This document shows positions 1-10,084 of a stretch of 64,000 nt of DNA, piece by piece. Within the stretch, counting starts at the first letter, position 1; the number at the start of each line of letters is the position of its first letter. Under the pieces are notes generated by a model that was not told the origin of the DNA, searched no databases, and saw only the letters and a program-made list of their open reading frames with translations. The stretch comes from Candidatus Eiseniibacteriota bacterium (lineage in GTDB: Bacteria; Eisenbacteria; RBG-16-71-46): positions 320,001 to 384,000 of the forward strand of contig CAVQXP010000002.1 of assembly GCA_963717935.1 (NCBI GenBank), written 5' to 3'. The position numbers and the translations under genes were made by a program.

Positions 1-13
1 GCTGCTGCTGGCC

Positions 14-1276
14 GTGTGCCGCTCGCAGCTCGACGAACGCGAAGGCTCGGTCCAGGCACTGACCCAGGCGCTGGCGCTGGGTGTCGAGTTGCCCGCAGGG
101 TTGGTGGCCTCTCGCGCTTCGGAGTGGGCGGCCACGGACTGGCAGGGACTGCTGACGGTGCCGGCGGGCGGCGCAGCGCCTTCGGCCGCGCACCTGGACC
201 GGGCGCTCGAGCGCTACCATGCGGGCGATCTCCCCGGCTCCATCGCCGAGCTCGAGCGGGGGGTGGCCGAGAATCCCGGCTACGCCGATCTGCGCTGCCG
301 GCTGGGCGGCCTGCTGCTCGAGGCCGGGCAGATCGAGGAGGCGCTCGGGCAATTGGATCACGCGCTGCGCGTCAACCCGCGTTACCTCGAGGCCCGCTTG
401 CTGGCCGCACGCGCGCGGCTCGAGCTGGGCGGAGCGCGCGAGGCGATCGTGCATCTCGAGGCCGCGCTCGAAGCCTTCCCCGACTACCCGGACCTGCACT
501 TCTGGCTCGGGCTGGCCCGCTTCCGCGCGGGCGAGCTCGAGGCGGCCGTGGCCCCGCTCGAGCGCGCGGTGAAGCTCAACCGGCAATTCGCGCGGGCGCA
601 GCGGCTGCTGGGGCTGATCTACCACGCGCTCGGCCGGCACGAGGATGCGCTGCGCTCGGTGCGGCGCGGACTGGTGCGCGACCGCGAGATCCCGCAGGGC
701 GTCCTGGACCAGGTCTCGCTCGCCCTTGCCGTGAACGACGTGACCGGGATGGAGGAGGAGATCCAGCGCGCTCTCGCGGTCCAGCCCGACTACCCGGACC
801 TGCAGCTCGCTCTGGCCCGCGCCCGGCGCGCGCAGGGCCGCCTCGAGGGCTCGCGCGAATCCTACCGCAAGGCGCTGGCGCTGCGGCCCGGGTACGACCC
901 TGCGGCGCTCGAGCTGGCGGCCGTGGAGCTCGCGCTCGGGCGCACGGCCGCGGCCGAGGAGTTGCTCGGGGGCCTGGTCGCGAGGCACCCCGGCTGGCCC
1001 GATGCGCAGGCCCAGCTGGGGCGTGTGCGCCTGCTGCGCGGGGACGCAGCCGGGGCCGAGGGGCCGCTGCGGGCGGCCATCGCCGCCAACCCGCTGTACG
1101 CGGTCGCGCGCGCCGATCTGGGCTGGGCGCTGCTCGCACAGGCGCGCACCCGCGAGGCCGACGAGGAGTTCGCGCAGGCGCTGGAGTTGGACCCCCTGCA
1201 CGCCCTGCCGCGCCAACAACTGAAGTGGCGCGAGTTCCTGGCCGTGAGCCGCCAGGAGCCCTCCGGCCGGCCATGA
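14..1276 (+). CDS. Tetratricopeptide-repeat protein (probably 5'-truncated by the window edge)
   Basis: Many TPR-like helical repeats with recurring turn motifs NPGYADL, NPRYLEA, FPDYPDL, QPDYPDL, HPGWPDA; frame is open to the window start. Confidence 0.85.
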   Translation: MCRSQLDEREGSVQALTQALALGVELPAGLVASRASEWAATDWQGLLTVPAGGAAPSAAHLDRALERYHAGDLPGSIAELERGVAENPGYADLRCRLGGLLLEAGQIEEALGQLDHALRVNPRYLEARLLAARARLELGGAREAIVHLEAALEAFPDYPDLHFWLGLARFRAGELEAAVAPLERAVKLNRQFARAQRLLGLIYHALGRHEDALRSVRRGLVRDREIPQGVLDQVSLALAVNDVTGMEEEIQRALAVQPDYPDLQLALARARRAQGRLEGSRESYRKALALRPGYDPAALELAAVELALGRTAAAEELLGGLVARHPGWPDAQAQLGRVRLLRGDAAGAEGPLRAAIAANPLYAVARADLGWALLAQARTREADEEFAQALELDPLHALPRQQLKWREFLAVSRQEPSGRP

Positions 1277-1280
1277 AGAG

Positions 1281-1311
1281 GCCCCGCCGCCGGGAAGAGG
1301 CGACGGGGCTT
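1281..1311. terminator. GC-rich hairpin between convergent TPR gene and rpmB; possible terminator
   Basis: GCCCCGCCGCC(1281-1291)/GGCGACGGGGC(1299-1309) inverted repeat with one mismatch; only short T tracts. Confidence 0.5.
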
Positions 1312-1327
1312 CGGCGTGGGAAGGCGG

Positions 1328-1546
1328 TTACGCCGTGGCCGGCTTGCGGACGTTGCGCACTGCCTTCGTCACCTTGCCGCTGCGGATGCACCGGGTGCAG
1401 ACGTCCAGGTTCTTGACCCGGCCGTCCACCAGCGCTCGCACGCGCTGCAGGTTGGGATTCCAGATCCGCTTGGTCAGGTTGTGAGCGTGGCTCACGTTGT
1501 GGCCTGCCATCGTGCCCTTCCCACAGATATCACATCGCTGAGCCAA
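1328..1546 (-). CDS. rpmB: 50S ribosomal protein L28 (Zn-binding CxxC form)
   Basis: TTG start after AGGAGG; AQRCDICGKGTMAGHNVSHAHNLTKRIWNPNLQRVR...VCTRCIRSGKV is classic L28; hidden at the end of the spurious 912-aa ORF. Confidence 0.97.
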   Translation of the reverse strand: MAQRCDICGKGTMAGHNVSHAHNLTKRIWNPNLQRVRALVDGRVKNLDVCTRCIRSGKVTKAVRNVRKPATA

Positions 1547-1599
1547 GGAAAGACCTCCTACCATCGAATCACGGTCCATCGGAGCCGAACAAGCACCGG

Positions 1600-1628
1600 A
1601 CTCTATCAGGGCGGCCCGGGGCTGTAAA
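1600..1628 (-). promoter_or_regulatory. sigma70-type promoter for rpmB
   Basis: Minus strand TTTACA-N17-TAGAGT with TG extension. Confidence 0.6.
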
Positions 1629-1795
1629 GCGGCTCGCGGGGCTCTCGATTCCCGGGCAAGAAGCGGCCGCGGGACGAGAAGACATCCTGCCGGCCGCTGC
1701 GCTGGTCGCACGGGCGCCGCGACGCGGCCACGCAGGCCCATGACGTCGGAAGGGAACGGGCCGGGGGTTCCAGCACCCGCCCCGGATGTGCGAGA

Positions 1796-3931
1796 GTGGC
1801 GGCCACCATGACGGCTCCTCCAGCCTCGTCTCGCCGCCCCTCCCCGGGGAAGCCGCCGCTCGAGCCCGCATCGCGGTTGCAGTTCCTGCCGGGGGTGGGC
1901 CCCCAGCGCGCCGAGGCCTTCGCGCGCCTCGGCCTGTCCACGCTCGAGCACCTGATGCGCCACTACCCGCGCACCTGGCTCGATGCGCGCCGCTTCGTGC
2001 GCATCGCCGAACTGCGGCCCAACGAGTTGCTGACCGTCGAGGGCATCGTGCACAGCGCCGTGGCCATCCGCACGCGGGCCGGGCGCACCGACTTCCAGGT
2101 CGCGCTCGACGACGGCAGCGGCGCCTGTCTCCGGCTCTACTTCTTCGGCCAGCCCTTCCTCGCGCGCACGCTCCAGCGCGGCGTGCGCGTGGTGGTGAGC
2201 GGTGAGCTGGACCCGCTCGAGCGGCGCATGCTCAACCCGCTCTTCGAGGTGGTCGAGGGCGAGATGGAGGCCCTGCTGCACGTCGGTCGGCTGGTGCCCG
2301 TGCACGCCCTGACCCGCGGGATCACCGCGCGCGGGATGCGGGCCGCGGTGCGGCACGCCCTCGACGCGGCAGCCGCGACCGTGAAGGACCCCGTTCCCGC
2401 CGCGGTGGCGGAAGCGCGCGGGCTCGTGCCGCTCGCCGAGGCGCTCCCCCAGATCCACTTCCCCGAGGACGAGGCCCGCCTCGCCGCGGCGCGGCGCAAG
2501 CTCGCCTTCGAAGAGCTCTTCCTGCTGCAGGCGGTGCTCGAGTTGCGCCGGCAGGCGCTGGCCCAGGAGGGGCGCGGGAGGAGCACCGCAGGCAAGGGGC
2601 GGCTCGCCGCGCGGGCGCGGGCAGCCCTGCCCTACACGCTCACGGGGGACCAGGATCGCGCGCTCGAGGAGATCGTCGCCGACCTGAAGCGCGGAACACC
2701 CATGCACCGCATGCTTCAGGGCGACGTGGGCAGCGGCAAGACCGTCGTCGCCTTCCTGGCCGCGCTCCACGCGCTCGAAGCCGGTCATCAGGTGGCCTTC
2801 ATGGTGCCGACCGAGATCCTGGCGCGCCAGCATGGCGCGACGCTGGCCGCCCTCGCCGCGCCGGTGGGCGCGACGGTGGCGGTATTCACCGGCGCCACGC
2901 CCGCCGCCGCGCGTCGCGCGCTCGCCGCGCGGCTCGAGACCGGCGAGCCCCTGCTCGTGGTCGGCACGCACGCGCTGCTCGAGGAGAAGGTCAGGCTGCC
3001 CGACCTCGCGCTGGCCATCGTGGACGAGCAGCACCGCTTCGGTGTCCGCCAGCGTGCCACCCTGGCGCAGAAGGGCGTCATCCCCGACGTGCTCGTGCTC
3101 ACCGCCACGCCCATCCCGCGCACGCTCATGCTCGCCTGTTACGGAGACCTGGCGGTGAGCACGCTCAGGGCTCGCCCGGCCGGGCGCGGACGGCTCGTGA
3201 CCCGCGTGACCGGGGAGGAGAGGTTCCCGCAGGTGGTCGAGTTCATGGCGCGCGAGCTGGCCGCCGGCCGCCAGGCCTTCGTCGTGGTCCCGCTCATCGA
3301 GGAGGCCGGCCGTGCCGACGTGCGCGCCGCCGAGGCCGAGTTCGAGCGGCTCGCGAGCCAGCCGCTGCTCCGCTCCTGGAAGATCGGGCTCCTGCACGGC
3401 CGGCTCAAGGCCGACGCCAGGCAGTCCGTGATGGAGGCTTTCGCCCGTGGCGAGGTGCAGGTGCTGGTCACCACCACCGTGGTCGAGGTCGGAGTGGACG
3501 TGCCCAATGCCACCGTCATGGTGGTCGAGAACGCGGAGCGCTTCGGCCTGACCCAGCTGCACCAGCTGCGCGGTCGCGTCGGACGTGGCGCCCACCGCTC
3601 GGTCTGCGTGCTGGTGGCCGGGCCAGCCGCCAGCGCAACGGCGCGCGAGCGGCTCGGGCTCCTGACCACGACCACCGACGGCTTCGCGCTCGCCGAGGCC
3701 GACCTGCGCCTGCGCGGCCCTGGCGAGATGTGGGGCACGCGCCAGAGCGGGCTGCCGCGCTTCAAGCTCGTGGACCTGGCCCGGGACGAGGACCTGCTGC
3801 AGGAGACCCGCGAGGTCGCACGTGCGCTGGTGGGGGAAGACCCCCAGCTCGCGCTCTCCGAGCACGCCGCGCTGCGCGAGACCTTGCTCGCGCACTACCG
3901 CGAGCCGCTCGAGGTGGCGCTCATCGGGTGA
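1796..3931 (+). CDS. recG: ATP-dependent DNA helicase RecG
   Basis: LQGDVGSGKT Walker A, DEQHRFGV, TATPIPRT, QLHQLRGRVGRG and DLRLRGPGE motifs; start may be ATG 1808. Confidence 0.97.
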   Translation: MAATMTAPPASSRRPSPGKPPLEPASRLQFLPGVGPQRAEAFARLGLSTLEHLMRHYPRTWLDARRFVRIAELRPNELLTVEGIVHSAVAIRTRAGRTDFQVALDDGSGACLRLYFFGQPFLARTLQRGVRVVVSGELDPLERRMLNPLFEVVEGEMEALLHVGRLVPVHALTRGITARGMRAAVRHALDAAAATVKDPVPAAVAEARGLVPLAEALPQIHFPEDEARLAAARRKLAFEELFLLQAVLELRRQALAQEGRGRSTAGKGRLAARARAALPYTLTGDQDRALEEIVADLKRGTPMHRMLQGDVGSGKTVVAFLAALHALEAGHQVAFMVPTEILARQHGATLAALAAPVGATVAVFTGATPAAARRALAARLETGEPLLVVGTHALLEEKVRLPDLALAIVDEQHRFGVRQRATLAQKGVIPDVLVLTATPIPRTLMLACYGDLAVSTLRARPAGRGRLVTRVTGEERFPQVVEFMARELAAGRQAFVVVPLIEEAGRADVRAAEAEFERLASQPLLRSWKIGLLHGRLKADARQSVMEAFARGEVQVLVTTTVVEVGVDVPNATVMVVENAERFGLTQLHQLRGRVGRGAHRSVCVLVAGPAASATARERLGLLTTTTDGFALAEADLRLRGPGEMWGTRQSGLPRFKLVDLARDEDLLQETREVARALVGEDPQLALSEHAALRETLLAHYREPLEVALIG

Positions 3932-4058
3932 GGGGCGCGCCGGGCCGGCACCCGGGGGGCTTGGACCGGGCCTGCTCCGGCCCCGTACGGCCCCCCGGCT
4001 GGCCTGGGTTCCCCTGCGGGGCGAATTGGGGCACAATGATGGCTCTGGAGGTCTGGCC

Positions 4059-4652
4059 GTGATCATCGCCTGTCCGAACTGCTCGACCGGCTACATGCTC
4101 CCCGAGCACCTCGTGGGCCCGGGGGGCGCGCGGGTGCGCTGTCCGCGTTGCCAGCACCTGTTCGCCGTCGATGCGGATGGATCGCCCGCGGCGCCTGCGG
4201 CACCTGCGCCCGGGGCTGCGCCGTCCGAGCGCCCGCCCGAGGCGGTGGCGGAAGCTCCTGCCGCCGCGGCTCCTGCTGTCGCCGCCGAGCCTCCTGCTGT
4301 TGCCGAGCCTCCTGCTGCTGCCGAGCCTGCCGCTGTTGCCGAGCCTCCTGCCGCTGCCGAGCCTCCTCCCGCCACGGCAGTGGAGCCCGAGGCCGAGGCG
4401 AAGTCCGGAGCCGAAGGGCACCTGGTGGTCGCGCGAGCCGTGCTCGAGCAGCTGGCCGTGCACGAGGGCGAGGCGATCGAGCGGGCACAGGCCGAGCACC
4501 GGTTCTTCACCGAGTTCGGCCCGGCGCTGATGGTGGCCTACGAGACCTACCGCCGCCGCGTCGGAGATGACGCCGACCCGAGCGCGTTTCGTACGGCCCT
4601 GCGCGAGCGCTGGGGCGTCGAGCTGGTTCCGCTCACGACGCGCGAGGGGTAG
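4059..4652 (+). CDS. MJ0042-family zinc-ribbon protein with Ala/Pro/Glu linker and helical C-terminal domain
   Basis: GTG after GGAGG; IIACPNCSTGY...ARVRCPRCQHLF zinc ribbon; low-complexity linker. Confidence 0.85.
   Translation: MIIACPNCSTGYMLPEHLVGPGGARVRCPRCQHLFAVDADGSPAAPAAPAPGAAPSERPPEAVAEAPAAAAPAVAAEPPAVAEPPAAAEPAAVAEPPAAAEPPPATAVEPEAEAKSGAEGHLVVARAVLEQLAVHEGEAIERAQAEHRFFTEFGPALMVAYETYRRRVGDDADPSAFRTALRERWGVELVPLTTREG
4284..4373 (+). repeat. 5 x 18-bp coding tandem repeat (AEPPAV/AEPPAA)
   Basis: Units GCCGAGCCTCCTGCTGTT, GCCGAGCCTCCTGCTGCT, GCCGAGCCTGCCGCTGTT, GCCGAGCCTCCTGCCGCT, GCCGAGCCTCCTCCCGCC. Confidence 0.9.
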
Positions 4653-4724
4653 GCATCCCGCGGCTGCAGGGCCCCACTCCACACGTCGAGCGAAGGCGCG
4701 GCGCCCGCCCACCGGGTGGCACGC

Positions 4725-7523
4725 TCAGCGCCGGTCGAGCGCCCGGCGGACCAGTCTCGAGAGTTCCGCCATCGCGACCGGCTTCATCGCGAACTCGTCG
4801 ATCCCCTGCGCCCGGGCCGTCTCCGCCGTGATCCTCTCGCTGTAGCCGGTGCACAGGATGACGGGAAGGTCCGGTCGGAGGTTCTTGAGACGTTGCGCCA
4901 GCACGTCCCCCGTCATGCCCGGCATCGTCATGTCGGTGACCACGAGGTCGATCGCGCGCGGGTCTGCGGCGAACGTTTCCAGGGCCTCGGGCGCGTTCGC
5001 GCAGGCGGTGGCTCGATAGCCCAGCTCGTTCAGCTGGGCCACGACCATGGCGGCCACCTGGGGTTCGTCATCGACCACGAGGATGCGCCCGGTGCCCGTG
5101 AGGAGCGGTTCCGGCGCCGGGTTGCCGGCCGGCGCCTCCCGCTCGACCAGGGGCAGGAAGACCTCGAAGGTCGTCCCCTTGCCCGCCTCGCTCTCCACGG
5201 TGATGGTCCCCTGGCACCGCGTCACGATGCCGTGTACCACGGCGAGCCCCAGGCCCGTGCCCTTCCCGCACTCCCGGGTCGTGAAGAAGGGCTCGAAGAT
5301 GCGCGCCTGGACCTCGCGGGTCATCCCGTGCCCCGTGTCGCGCACCGTGAGCCGGACGAACCGCCCGGGAGACACGCCCGCGTGCCTCGAGGCGAACGAC
5401 GTGTCCAGGTCGACATCCGCGAGCTCCAGGCTCAGCAGGCCGCCGTGGTCCCGCATGGCGAACGCGCCGTTCGTGCAGAGGTTGACCACGACCCGGTGGA
5501 TGTCGGTCGGCTCGGCCAGGACGACCGCATCCGACCGGATGTCCGTCCGGATCTCCACCGTGGCGGGGATGCTGGCCCGCAGGAATTTCGCCGCCTCCTT
5601 CACGATCAGACTGACCTGGACGGGTTGCTCCTCGCGCTGCGCGTGACGGCTGAAGGTCAGGATCTGCTTGACCAGGGCGGCGGCCCGCCGGGAACCCAGC
5701 AGGATGGCCTGCAGGTCCCGGTGGATCGCCGAATCCTCGGGGCACTTGCGCAGAGCCATCTGCGTGTACCCGAGGATGGCGCTCAGGATGTTGTTGAAGT
5801 CGTGGGCGATGCCGCCCGCCATGGTCCCGATGGCCTCGAGCTTGTCGGCCTGCGCGGCGTGTCCCTCCAGCTCCAGCTGCCGGGTGACGTCACGTCGCGC
5901 CGAGACCTGCCCGACGATGTGCCCGTCGGCGTCCTGGATCGGGGAGATGCTCGCGTCCTGCAGGATCGTGCGGCCGTCCCTGGTGCGGTTGCTGAAGCGG
6001 CCATGCCAGGTCTGCCCGCTCGCGATCGTGGTGTCGATCAGGTCGTAGAAGCCTCTGTCGTGATCGCCGCTGTCGAGGAACCTGGGGGAGCGGCCCAGCG
6101 CCTCGTCGCGCGAGTATCCCGTCGTCCGCTCGAAGGCGGAGTTCACGTAGGTGATGATGCCTGCGGCGTCGGTCAGCATGATGTCGTCCGCCGCCTGCTC
6201 GACGGCCGTGGCGAGGATCGCGAGGTGCTGCGCGGCCCGTTTGCGCTCGGTGAGGTCGCGGATGAACGAGAAGTTGTAGATCTCGCCGCCGAACTCCAGA
6301 TAGCCGGCCGTGATCTCCACCGGCACGAGATTCCCGGCCTTCGTGCGGAACTCCGCCTCGAAGGTGTACGACTGCTGCTGCCGGAGCCGGTCCCAGTGCG
6401 CGGCCCAGTTCTCCGGGGTGCGCCCGTGGTTGACGTCGAAGGCGGTCAACCGGAGGAGCTCCTCGCGGGGATAGCCGAGCAGGCGGCACGCCGCGGCGTT
6501 CGCATAGCAGATGGAGGCATCCGGCCGGAGCCAGAAGACCGCGTCCGCGGCGATGTCCACGGAGTGCTGCGCCAGGCGCAGCGACTGCTCCGTCCTCCTG
6601 CGCTCGGTGATGTCGCGGAAGCTCATGACGATCGAGGGTGGACCTGACGGTGCCGCCAGGCACTTGCCGACCACTTCGAACGTGCGCCACGAGCCGTCCT
6701 TGTGACGGGCCCGCAGCTCGATCACCGGGCTCGTGGCGCCGGGATCCTGCACCAACCGGGCGAGGTCCTGCGAGACGCGCGCCAGGTCGTCGGGGTGCAG
6801 GAGGTCGAAGGCATTCCGGCCCACCAGCTCCTCGCGTCCGTAGCCGAACACGCGCTCGACCGACGGGCTCTCGAAGCGGATGGTGCCGTCGGCATCCATC
6901 AGCGTGACGACATCGGAGACGTTCTCGATCACGGAGCGGAAGTGGCTCTCGCTCGCCCGCAATTCCTCCTCGGCCTGCTTCTGCTCCGTGAGGTCGCGCT
7001 GCGTGCCCCAGCCGCCCACCAGGCCGCCGTTCTCCACGAGGCCGACCACGTGGTTGCGGACGAAGAACGGTCGGCCGGCCCGGTCGTGGTCCGTGGTCTC
7101 CAGGCCGGAGAGCCGGAAGCCCGACCGGACGAACTCCAGGGCGGTCCCGAGCTGCTCGTCGTGGGAGCCGGGCATCAGGTCGGTGAGGTGGCGACCGACC
7201 AGCTCGCCGGGCCGCTCGAAGCCGTGGCGGCGGGCGCAGGCCCGGTTGCACTCGGCGAGGCGGCCGCGCTCGAGGATCGCCGCAGCCAATTCGTCTTCGG
7301 GCAGGTCGAGGGGCACCGGCGGGTCGAGTTCGAAGCGCCAGATGCCGTCGGCGGCGGTGGCCACGAACCAGCGGTAGCGCTGCTCGGTCATCCACGACGA
7401 TGCCGCGGACGGTGCGGCTCCGGAAGGTTCCCGTCCCCCTTCGTCCCGAATCGGGTCCACTCGCCGGAGTGTCCCCTCCACCTCCCCGGACGATTCCTCG
7501 GGGTGGCATGCCCATTCGTTCAT
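4725..7523 (-). CDS. Multi-PAS hybrid sensor histidine kinase (about 4 PAS, HisKA, HATPase, C-terminal receiver)
   Basis: PAS repeats; H-box GIAHDFNNILSAILG; VNLCTNG, DTGHGM, FEPFFTT, GTGLGL boxes; receiver ILVVDDE...TDMTMPGM...KP; start ATG 7523 or 7391. Confidence 0.92.
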   Translation of the reverse strand: MNEWACHPEESSGEVEGTLRRVDPIRDEGGREPSGAAPSAASSWMTEQRYRWFVATAADGIWRFELDPPVPLDLPEDELAAAILERGRLAECNRACARRHGFERPGELVGRHLTDLMPGSHDEQLGTALEFVRSGFRLSGLETTDHDRAGRPFFVRNHVVGLVENGGLVGGWGTQRDLTEQKQAEEELRASESHFRSVIENVSDVVTLMDADGTIRFESPSVERVFGYGREELVGRNAFDLLHPDDLARVSQDLARLVQDPGATSPVIELRARHKDGSWRTFEVVGKCLAAPSGPPSIVMSFRDITERRRTEQSLRLAQHSVDIAADAVFWLRPDASICYANAAACRLLGYPREELLRLTAFDVNHGRTPENWAAHWDRLRQQQSYTFEAEFRTKAGNLVPVEITAGYLEFGGEIYNFSFIRDLTERKRAAQHLAILATAVEQAADDIMLTDAAGIITYVNSAFERTTGYSRDEALGRSPRFLDSGDHDRGFYDLIDTTIASGQTWHGRFSNRTRDGRTILQDASISPIQDADGHIVGQVSARRDVTRQLELEGHAAQADKLEAIGTMAGGIAHDFNNILSAILGYTQMALRKCPEDSAIHRDLQAILLGSRRAAALVKQILTFSRHAQREEQPVQVSLIVKEAAKFLRASIPATVEIRTDIRSDAVVLAEPTDIHRVVVNLCTNGAFAMRDHGGLLSLELADVDLDTSFASRHAGVSPGRFVRLTVRDTGHGMTREVQARIFEPFFTTRECGKGTGLGLAVVHGIVTRCQGTITVESEAGKGTTFEVFLPLVEREAPAGNPAPEPLLTGTGRILVVDDEPQVAAMVVAQLNELGYRATACANAPEALETFAADPRAIDLVVTDMTMPGMTGDVLAQRLKNLRPDLPVILCTGYSERITAETARAQGIDEFAMKPVAMAELSRLVRRALDRR

Positions 7524-7657
7524 GCGGTGCTCCGCCCGTGGAGGAGGGGCCGACCGTGCTCGGGGAGACACAGGGTGGGGTGGCGTATCCGCAAGCCTGC
7601 TACCCGGGGTTTTCGGCAGCCAGGGCGGGTGGCTTGAGTCCGGACCGCGTCCCGCAA

Positions 7658-8933
7658 CTAGTCGCGTGCGGTGGCCACCCGTGGCGCGGACATCCGTCTG
7701 CCCAGCACGAACGCCAGCACACCCACGGACGCGATCATCCCGGCGGCCACGAGCAGCGTCGCAGCGGTGCCGATCAGGGGCGTGGCGATGCCGGCCACGC
7801 TCTGCCCGCCGAGCAGCACCAGGCGCATCAGGAAGTCGCGCGCGCCGAAGACGCGCCCGCGCTGGCGGGGCTCGGTGCCCTCCTGCAGCATGGTCTCGGG
7901 CAGCACGAAGACCGGGGCCGCGCCCAGGCCCACGAGCAGCGCGGCGCCGGCGAACACGGCGAAGCGGGTCGAGACGGCGAAGCACACGAGTCCCGGCGGC
8001 GGCCAGCACGAGGCCGACCCCCAGGATCAGGTGGCGCGGGTGTGCCCGTCCGCGCGTGTTCACCCACCAGGTGCCGAAGGCGCTGCCGATGCCGACGGTC
8101 GCCATGAGCACGGCCAGGCGTTCCATGCCCGCCATGCGCCCCGGCGGCCCGCTGGATGTGCTGGTTGCCCGCCACGTGCAGGAACCCGCCGCCCGCCCAC
8201 ACCGCGGCGAGCGCGGTGAGCGCCAGCACCAGGACCGGGGTGGAGCGCACCAGCCGCCAGCCCTCGGCGACCTCGTGCAGGTAGTTGCGCATCGAGACCG
8301 GCGCGAGCGTGGCGTGGCGGGTGGCCGGGCGGTAGCGGATGAGCAGCAGCGAGACCACCGAGACCAGGTAGGTGACGCCATTGATGTAGAGCGCCGGCCC
8401 CCAGCCCCAGTGGTCCACGACCCAGCCACCGAGGACGACGACCGCGGTCCCGGCGATGCCGGCGCCGGCCAGCAGCGCGTTGGCGAGCAGGAGCTGCCGG
8501 TCGGGAACGATCTCGGGCGTGACGGCGCTCTTGGCCGGCAGGAAGAAGACGTTGCAGGTGAAGAGCGCGAAGACCAGCAGGTTGACGGGCCAGACGCTGC
8601 GGGTGGCGAGGTAGGCAGACCGGGATGAGCACGACCAGCAGGGCGCGCAGCGTGTCGGAGATGACCATCACGCGCTTGAGGTTCCAGCGGTCCACCCAGG
8701 CGCCGACGAAGGGCGAGAACAGCAGCACGGGCAGCAGTTGGGCGATGCCCAGCAGCCAGAGCAGGAGGGAGGACTCGCGCGGCGCCCGAGAAGTGGCTGG
8801 TGTGCTGGAGCAGGAGCCCGTAGAGCGCGACCACGGTCAGGCGCTCGCCCGAGATGGAGACGAGCTGGCCGCCGATCAGCGCGAGGAAGTTACGCTGCCG
8901 CAGCAGCGGGCGCGGCGGTGCTTCCTCGGCCAT
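7658..8933 (-). CDS. MFS transporter (several frameshifts, likely sequencing errors)
   Basis: RQRNFLALIGGQLVSISGERL N-terminus; motif A GAWVDRWNLKRVMVISDTLR; TMLQEGTEPRQRGRVFG; pieces lie in different frames. Confidence 0.85.
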
Positions 8934-8938
8934 GACGC

Positions 8939-10084
8939 CTAGGCCGCGCTGTGGACCGCTCCGCGGCGCGCGAGCACGTCGCGGTAGACCGCCTCGATGC
9001 GGTCGGTGATGTGCGGCCAGGCGAACTCGAGCGCGCGTACCCGGCCGCGCCGGGCGAGGGCCGCCCGCCGTTCCGGGTCCTCGACCAGTGCGACGATCGC
9101 CTCCGCCAGCGCGGGCACGTCACCGGGGGGCGAGACCACGCCGTTCACTCCGGGCTGGACGACGCTGCGATAGCCGGGGATGTCCGAGGCCACCACCGCG
9201 CGCTCCGCTGGCCATGGCCTCGACCAGCACGATGCCGAAGCTCTCGTGGCCGAGCGCGGGGGAGACGAAGATGTCGCCGGTCGCGTACCAGCGCGGCAGA
9301 CTCGTGGCTCGGGACGTGTCCGACGAAGTGCACGTGCGCCCGCACCGCGGGGGCGACGGAGGCCTCGAACCGCCCCCTGCAGATAGGAGTCGCCCACGAC
9401 CAGCAGGCGCGCCCTCCCGTGCGTGCGCGCGATCACCTCGGGCAGGGCGTCCAGGAGCACCTGCACGCCCTTGCGGGGGTCGAGGCGGCCGACGAACAGC
9501 ACGTTCACCCGCCCGGGGTCGCGCCACTCGGGGAACGGCTCGACCGACGGATGGAAGCGCTCGGTGTCCACCCCGTTCGGGATGACGAGGTACTCGCCGG
9601 GGAAGTACTGTGCCACGAAATCGCGCGCGGTCTCGGAGACCGCGATCCGGGCGTCGAGGCGCTTCATTCGCGCGGCGAGCGGGCGGAGGAAGGCCTTGAT
9701 CAGGCGGCTCGGGCCGCTGGTGGTGTGGAAGGTCCCCACCTGAGGGCATTCGGCGGTCTCGACCGCGATCAGCGGCAGCGTGGGCACGAGCGGCGCGTGG
9801 GTGTGCAGGATGTCGAAATCGTGCCGCTTGAGCAGGCCGCGCAACTGGCTCCGGAGCCGAATGCCCACCGCCAGGTCCACGAAGGCCCCGTTGAAGGGGA
9901 TGAGCAGGTTGTAGCCGATGCGCTCGACCTCGGGGTCCGAGGGCGCCTCGCCGCGGCGGAAGTGGCTGGTGATGATGGTGACCTGGTGCCCGCGCCGGCG
10001 CAGTTCGATCGCGGTGTGGTGGACGTGCTCGGTGACGCCGCCGTAGCGGGGGTAGTACGACTGCGAGACGATCCCGATCCTCAC
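8939..10084 (-). CDS. GT4 glycosyltransferase, PimA-like (internal frameshift pair near 9200-9380)
   Basis: RIGIVSQSYYPRYGGVTEHV, VIPNGVD, LFVGRLDPRKG; ESFGIVLVEAMA in the alternate frame; GTG overlaps the upstream stop. Confidence 0.88.
   Translation of the reverse strand: MRIGIVSQSYYPRYGGVTEHVHHTAIELRRRGHQVTIITSHFRRGEAPSDPEVERIGYNLLIPFNGAFVDLAVGIRLRSQLRGLLKRHDFDILHTHAPLVPTLPLIAVETAECPQVGTFHTTSGPSRLIKAFLRPLAARMKRLDARIAVSETARDFVAQYFPGEYLVIPNGVDTERFHPSVEPFPEWRDPGRVNVLFVGRLDPRKGVQVLLDALPEVIARTHGRARLLVVGDSYLQGAVRGLRRPRGAGARALRRTRPEPRVCRAGTRPATSSSPPRSATRASASCWSRPWPAERAVVASDIPGYRSVVQPGVNGVVSPPGDVPALAEAIVALVEDPERRAALARRGRVRALEFAWPHITDRIEAVYRDVLARRGAVHSAA

Noticed and set aside
1328..4066. Long antisense and alternate-frame ORFs (912 aa here, 1190 aa at 45667-49239, and many others)
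   Set aside because: Shadow ORFs from stop-codon scarcity in high-GC DNA; Arg/Pro/Gly-rich with no motifs. Only the last 72 codons here (rpmB) are real
4725..8933. 1402-aa MFS-histidine kinase fusion in the ORF track
   Set aside because: The MFS start drifts out of frame and reads through GC-rich sequence; the MFS has its own stop at 7658 in another frame and the kinase starts near 7523
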